The translations under genes were made by a program, and so were the position numbers. A stretch of DNA of 51,978 nucleotides from the NCBI GenBank assembly GCA_019310425.1, contig JAFDEI010000005.1, forward strand, positions 1 to 51,978, in the 5' to 3' direction. The DNA comes from Deltaproteobacteria bacterium (lineage in GTDB: Bacteria; Myxococcota_A; UBA9160; SMWR01). Positions 47,562 through 51,978 of this stretch are shown piece by piece (the stretch's first letter is position 1; each line of letters opens with the position of its first letter). The notes under the pieces are model-generated. The model worked only from the letters and a program-made list of their open reading frames with translations. It did no database searches and was not told the origin of the DNA.

Positions 47562-49015
47562 TGTCGCGCCGCTGCGCGAACCGGCTGCTCAGGATCATCG
47601 CCTGCGCGGTGCTCGCTGCAATGGTCGCTTGCGGTCGACAGGAGGAGCCTCGACCGGCGCCCAAGCGGGTGCTGCTGATCACGGTCGACACGCTCCGCGC
47701 CGATCACGTCGCCGACGCGGGCCACTTGCCCGAGCCGCCGATGCCGTTCGTCGACTCGCTGATTTCGCAGGGGACCCGCTTTACGTGGGCACTGACCCCG
47801 GTCCCGCGAACCACTCCCGCGCTCGCCAGTCTGTTGACCGGCCGCTACCCCCACCGCACCGGAGTGCGGTTTCTCACCGACCGGCTCGATGACGAGGTCG
47901 AGACTCTCGGCGCTCTCGCGCAACGGGCCGGTTACCGAACCATCGCGGTCGTGTCGAATCACGTGCTAACGACTGCGCGTGGACTCGATCGTGGTTTCGA
48001 TGTCTACGACAACGCGGGCGACATCCGCGGAGCTACACAGACGACCGACGCGGCGTTGGCTCACGCCCGCGAGGTGGATCCCGCGGAGAAGCTGCTCATG
48101 TGGGTCCATTACATCGACCCACACGTGCCCTACCACCCACCGCCCGAACTCGCAGAGCGCTTCGATCCTGAATACCACGGAATCTACAAGCACTACTTCG
48201 GGCCGATTCAGGGCGCGGCTGGCAATCACGCCTATCCGCGCGGGCTCGGCAAGCGTCGGGCCGTGTTTGCGAACCCCCTTCCCGATGCGGTGAACGCGCA
48301 CGTCCGGCGGCTGTATGCGGCGGACGTTCGCTACACCGACGGCGAGATCGAGCGCCTCGTGGCGGGTCTCGAGGAGCGGTTCGGTGGAGACTGGTTGATC
48401 GTGTTTTCATCGGACCACGGCGAGTCGCTGGGAGAGCACGAGTTCTTCTACGACCATGGCGATTACGTCTACAACGCCGGTACGCGTGTTCCGCTCGCGT
48501 TCGTTCCGCCCGCACCGCGCCGATCGAGCGACCGGCACACGGTCGATTCGCCGGTCTCGCTCGTGGACGTCGCGCCGACCCTGGTTGAACTGCTCGAGCT
48601 GCTTCCCCCGGAAGTCGCTGCAGAGCAATTCGAGGGACGCTCGCTGGTGCCGTACCTGCGCGGTGAGTCGCTGCCGGACCGCCCGGTCTTCGCGGAATCC
48701 GGGCGCAGCTATTTCCCGAAAATGATTCGCGGGCGGGCCTCGTTCGACGTCCGTGGCCGTTTCCGGACCGTGGTTTCGGGCAGCTGGAAGTTGATCTGGG
48801 CTCCGGGGCAGACTCCGGAGCGCGAGTTCCAGCTATATGACATCGAAGTGGATCCGGACGAAACGCGTGATCTGAGTCGAGAGTTTCCGGGTCGGGTCCA
48901 GGAGTTGAAGCGGTTGCTGGATGCGTGGATGGCCGGGGATTCGGCCGTTCACTCTCCAGAGATTCCAGAACGCGACCGCGAGGGCTTGCGTGCGTTGGGA
49001 TACATCGAGGAGTGA
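47561..49015 (+). CDS. Sulfatase-like hydrolase/transferase, probable lipoprotein
   Basis: Lipobox-like MVAC; ITVDTLRADH, RTTPALASLLTG, HYIDPH.PY, SDHGE, DPDE, LRALGY. Confidence 0.9.
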   Translation: MSRRCANRLLRIIACAVLAAMVACGRQEEPRPAPKRVLLITVDTLRADHVADAGHLPEPPMPFVDSLISQGTRFTWALTPVPRTTPALASLLTGRYPHRTGVRFLTDRLDDEVETLGALAQRAGYRTIAVVSNHVLTTARGLDRGFDVYDNAGDIRGATQTTDAALAHAREVDPAEKLLMWVHYIDPHVPYHPPPELAERFDPEYHGIYKHYFGPIQGAAGNHAYPRGLGKRRAVFANPLPDAVNAHVRRLYAADVRYTDGEIERLVAGLEERFGGDWLIVFSSDHGESLGEHEFFYDHGDYVYNAGTRVPLAFVPPAPRRSSDRHTVDSPVSLVDVAPTLVELLELLPPEVAAEQFEGRSLVPYLRGESLPDRPVFAESGRSYFPKMIRGRASFDVRGRFRTVVSGSWKLIWAPGQTPEREFQLYDIEVDPDETRDLSREFPGRVQELKRLLDAWMAGDSAVHSPEIPERDREGLRALGYIEE

Positions 49016-49081
49016 AGTGCTCGGCCGCGCCTCGAAAGTACTTTCGGGACTACTTGTAAATTGCTGATTTTGCGAAACTTT

Positions 49082-49546
49082 TCAGGTGAGTGATGCCGGA
49101 GGGGCTGAGGCTGCGCGGTGCAACTCCTCGGCGCGCAGCGCGAGTGCGCGCGTCATCGACTGGAACCCGATCGTGAGGCGCCGGCCGAGCAGCCAGCGGG
49201 TCGGAGGCTCGAGCCGGCCGTCGAGCCGGAAGTGCGAGCGGTAGCGGGTTGCGGTCTCGCCTGCGCTCGCGAGTTCGTGCGCTCGCCGGCTGCGGATGGC
49301 TGCTCCGTCGAGTCCGTACACCAGGCGCTGCTCGGGAACGCACTCGAAGATGATTTCTCGCTGTGGCTGCACGAGCGGCGGCACGAGCCGTACCCGCATC
49401 TGGATGGGATCACCGACGATGAGAGTCGAGCGGGCAGCCACCACGAACGGATTCCACTCCGGGTAGGCGGGCAGATCGGTGATCACGGACCAGACAAGGT
49501 CGATCGGGGCCTCGATCAGCCGCGATTCGTCGAGTTCGAACGCCAT
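49082..49546 (-). CDS. SRPBCC domain protein
   Basis: IEAPIDLVWSVITDLPAYPEWNPF, C-terminal FQSM..AL..RAE. Confidence 0.85.
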   Translation of the reverse strand: MAFELDESRLIEAPIDLVWSVITDLPAYPEWNPFVVAARSTLIVGDPIQMRVRLVPPLVQPQREIIFECVPEQRLVYGLDGAAIRSRRAHELASAGETATRYRSHFRLDGRLEPPTRWLLGRRLTIGFQSMTRALALRAEELHRAASAPPASLT

Positions 49547-49788
49547 CGCTATTCGATACCCCAACAGCGGGCTGTCGGGCCAGAGGAAGATCGCTGGAAG
49601 TGGCATCTTCCGAGTCCGGTAGCCGCAGCCGGTAGACAGCGATACGGTCCCTCTCCCGATCCCGCATTGCCGGGTCGGGTGGCCGTCCGCGGGAAGCGGG
49701 TCTCCGGCTTCCAGCCGCCGGAGGCCGACGACGATTTCCGGCCTCTGGCCGCCTATTTCTGGAAGAAAGCGGAAGGAAGGAACGAACG

Positions 49789-51978
49789 ATGATCAACCGT
49801 AAGGATGCCCTCGATTATCACCGGGACGGTCGCGCCGGCAAGATCGAGATCCGCTGCACCAAGCCCACTCTGACGCAGCGAGACCTCTCCCTGGCGTACA
49901 CACCCGGAGTCGCGGAGCCCTGCCTCGACATTGCAAAGAACCCGGAGATGGTCGACGAGTACACCGCGCGTGCGAACCTGGTCGCGGTCGTGAGCAACGG
50001 CTCGGCCGTGCTCGGGCTGGGCAACATCGGCCCGCGCGCGAGCAAGCCCGTGATGGAGGGCAAGGCGGTCCTCTTCAAGCGTTTTGCGGATGTCGATGTG
50101 TTCGACATCGAGATCGATGCCCCGACGGCCGAGGAGTTCATCGACACCGTGCGTCGGCTCGAGCCGACCTTCGGCGGGATCAACATCGAAGACGTGCGGG
50201 CACCCGAGTGCTTCGAGATCGAGGAGACACTCGAGCGCGAGATGGACATTCCGGTCTTTCACGACGACCAGCACGGTACCGCGATCATTTCCGGGGCTGC
50301 ACTGCTGAATGCCTGCGAGCTCGTCGACAAGGATCCGGCGAATTGTCGGGTGGTGATCAACGGCGCTGGGGCGGCGGCGATCTCGGGCGCAAAGCTCTAT
50401 GAGGCACTCGGCTTCACGCACGAAAATATCTGGATGTGCGATTCCCAGGGCGTGATCTACCAGGGGCGCGATCGTCTGAATCCCTACAAGGAGCGCTACG
50501 CCCATCCCGATATCGGCCGGCACACCCTCGCCGAAATCACCGAGGACTGCGACATCCTGATCGGCCTGTCGGCTGCAGGTGCATTCACGCAGGACATGAT
50601 TCGCGGCATGGCGCGCGACCCGATCGTGTTCGCGATGGCGAACCCGTGGCCCGAGATCATGCCCGCGGAGGCGAATGCGGTCCGAGACGACCTGATCATG
50701 GGCACCGGGCGGTCGGACTTCCCGAACCAGATCAACAACGTGCTCGGCTTCCCCTTCATCTTCCGCGGTGCGCTCGACACCCGGGCGAAGGCGATCACGA
50801 TCGAGATGAAGGTCGCCGCGACCCACGCGCTGGCCGACCTCGCGAAGGAGACCGTGCCGGAGGCTGTGAGTCGCGCCTACGCGGGTGAGCGATTCCGGTT
50901 CGGCAGGGACTACCTGATTCCGAAGCCGTTCGATTCGCGGGTGCTGACCTGGGAGGCGCACGCGGTGGCCCGAGCGGCGATCGAGAGTGGCGTAGCGCGG
51001 CGCGAGATCGACCTCGACGAGTATCGCGACGAGCTCGCGCATCGCGTCGATCCGAAGCGCGCGTTCGTTCTGCTTGCGACAGCGAAGACGCGGATTCACC
51101 GGCCGACGGTGGTCTTCCCCGAGTCGATGAACGACGAGATCCTGCGCGCGGTGCAGCTGATCGACGAAGAGCGGATTGCGAACGTAAAGCTGCTCGGAAA
51201 TCCCGAGACGGTTGCATGCCGCGCAGACGAGATCGGCGCGAAGCTCGGCGCCGCCGAGGTGATCGAACCCAAGGGCTTGCCCAACCTCGACGCGCTGGTG
51301 AAGCTCTATCAGAAGAGTCTGCTCGGCCGCGGCAAGGACGACGACGCCGCGCGCCAGGAGATCCTCGATGACCCCATGGTGTGCGCCACCCTGATGCTCC
51401 AGGACGGTGGCGTCGACGCATTGATCGCGGGTACCGATACGCCGTACCCGCAGGCCGCGAGAAAGCTGCTCAAGGTGCTCGAGACGAAGCACGACGCCCA
51501 CCGGGCATCCGGCATGCACCTCGTGCGTCTGCGCGATCGCACGCTGCTGCTCGCCGACACCACGCTCAATATCTCACCCGACGCCGAGACCCTCGCCGGA
51601 ATCGCGATCGACGCGGCGGCGGCCGCACGCCGTTTCGAAGTCGACCCGGTCGTGGGCATGCTGTCGTTCTCCAACTTCGGCGACTCGGCACACCCCGAAG
51701 CGCGCAAGGTGGCCGACGCGGTGCGCATCGTGCGAACCCGCGAGCCCGATCTCCCGATCATCGGCGAGATCCAGGCTGACTGGGCCGTGAACCCGGAGGA
51801 ATTTGGCGACCTGATCCCGGCCGAAAAAAGTCTCGCGCGGTCCGCGAACGTGCTGATCTTCCCGAACCTGTCGTCTGCCAACATCACGTTTCGCATGCTG
51901 CGTGCGTTCGGCGAGGGCGACGTGATCGGGCCGGTGCTGCTCGGCCTGCCGCATGCGGTCGGCCTGCTGCCGCGCGGC
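49789..51978 (+). CDS. maeB: NADP-dependent malic enzyme with phosphotransacetylase-like domain (3' end outside window)
   Basis: Absent from the ORF track (no stop). Hand-translated segments: [81 protein letters not shown]. Confidence 0.95.
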   Translation, partial: MINRKDALDYHRDGRAGKIEIRCTKPTLTQRDLSLAYTPGVAEPCLDIAKNPEMVDEYTARANLVAVVSNGSAVLGLGNIGPRASKPVMEGKAVLFKRFADVDVFDIEIDAPTAEEFIDTVRRLEPTFGGINIEDVRAPECFEIEETLEREMDIPVFHDDQHGTAIISGAALLNACELVDKDPANCRVVINGAGAAAISGAKLYEALGFTHENIWMCDSQGVIYQGRDRLNPYKERYAHPDIGRHTLAEITEDCDILIGLSAAGAFTQDMIRGMARDPIVFAMANPWPEIMPAEANAVRDDLIMGTGRSDFPNQINNVLGFPFIFRGALDTRAKAITIEMKVAATHALADLAKETVPEAVSRAYAGERFRFGRDYLIPKPFDSRVLTWEAHAVARAAIESGVARREIDLDEYRDELAHRVDPKRAFVLLATAKTRIHRPTVVFPESMNDEILRAVQLIDEERIANVKLLGNPETVACRADEIGAKLGAAEVIEPKGLPNLDALVKLYQKSLLGRGKDDDAARQEILDDPMVCATLMLQDGGVDALIAGTDTPYPQAARKLLKVLETKHDAHRASGMHLVRLRDRTLLLADTTLNISPDAETLAGIAIDAAAAARRFEVDPVVGMLSFSNFGDSAHPEARKVADAVRIVRTREPDLPIIGEIQADWAVNPEEFGDLIPAEKSLARSANVLIFPNLSSANITFRMLRAFGEGDVIGPVLLGLPHAVGLLPRG

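Noticed and set aside
49560-49780. GC hairpins upstream of maeB as a possible riboswitch
   Set aside because: No recognisable riboswitch consensus; such stems are common at this GC content.
49753-51519. 588-aa - strand ORF
   Set aside because: Shadow of maeB on the + strand, which the track omits because it lacks a stop in the window.

Overview
GC-rich, gene-dense chromosomal window from a diderm bacterium (RND pump, PilZ protein, lipoprotein and MaeB; a Myxococcota-like host is an inference). About 48 genes are dominated by lipid, steroid and terpenoid catabolism: a heteromeric-type acyl-CoA dehydrogenase pair, KstD, KSI, a P450, a carotenoid oxygenase, a double class III CoA-transferase, many SDRs, F420-type LLM/PPOX enzymes, SnoaL/SRPBCC/ABM/EthD proteins, two orphan Mo-bisPGD oxidoreductases and two DUF3604 proteins. 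No rRNA, tRNA, CRISPR array or transposase was seen. The most unusual items are: (1) a stand-alone 7-TM protein directly abutting a small helical protein, a candidate undescribed signalling pair; (2) a 166-bp MITE-like element whose duplicated CTAG ends supply the stop codons of both flanking genes; (3) four internal deletions in the first 15 kb; (4) a PsrA-type operator upstream of a TetR-MFP-RND operon; (5) a desaturase that appears to start at CTG; (6) a membrane protein coupled to a Thr-nucleophile sulfatase-like lipoprotein; (7) a tandem palindromic 70-bp repeat. All calls come from reading motifs by eye; no database searches were run.
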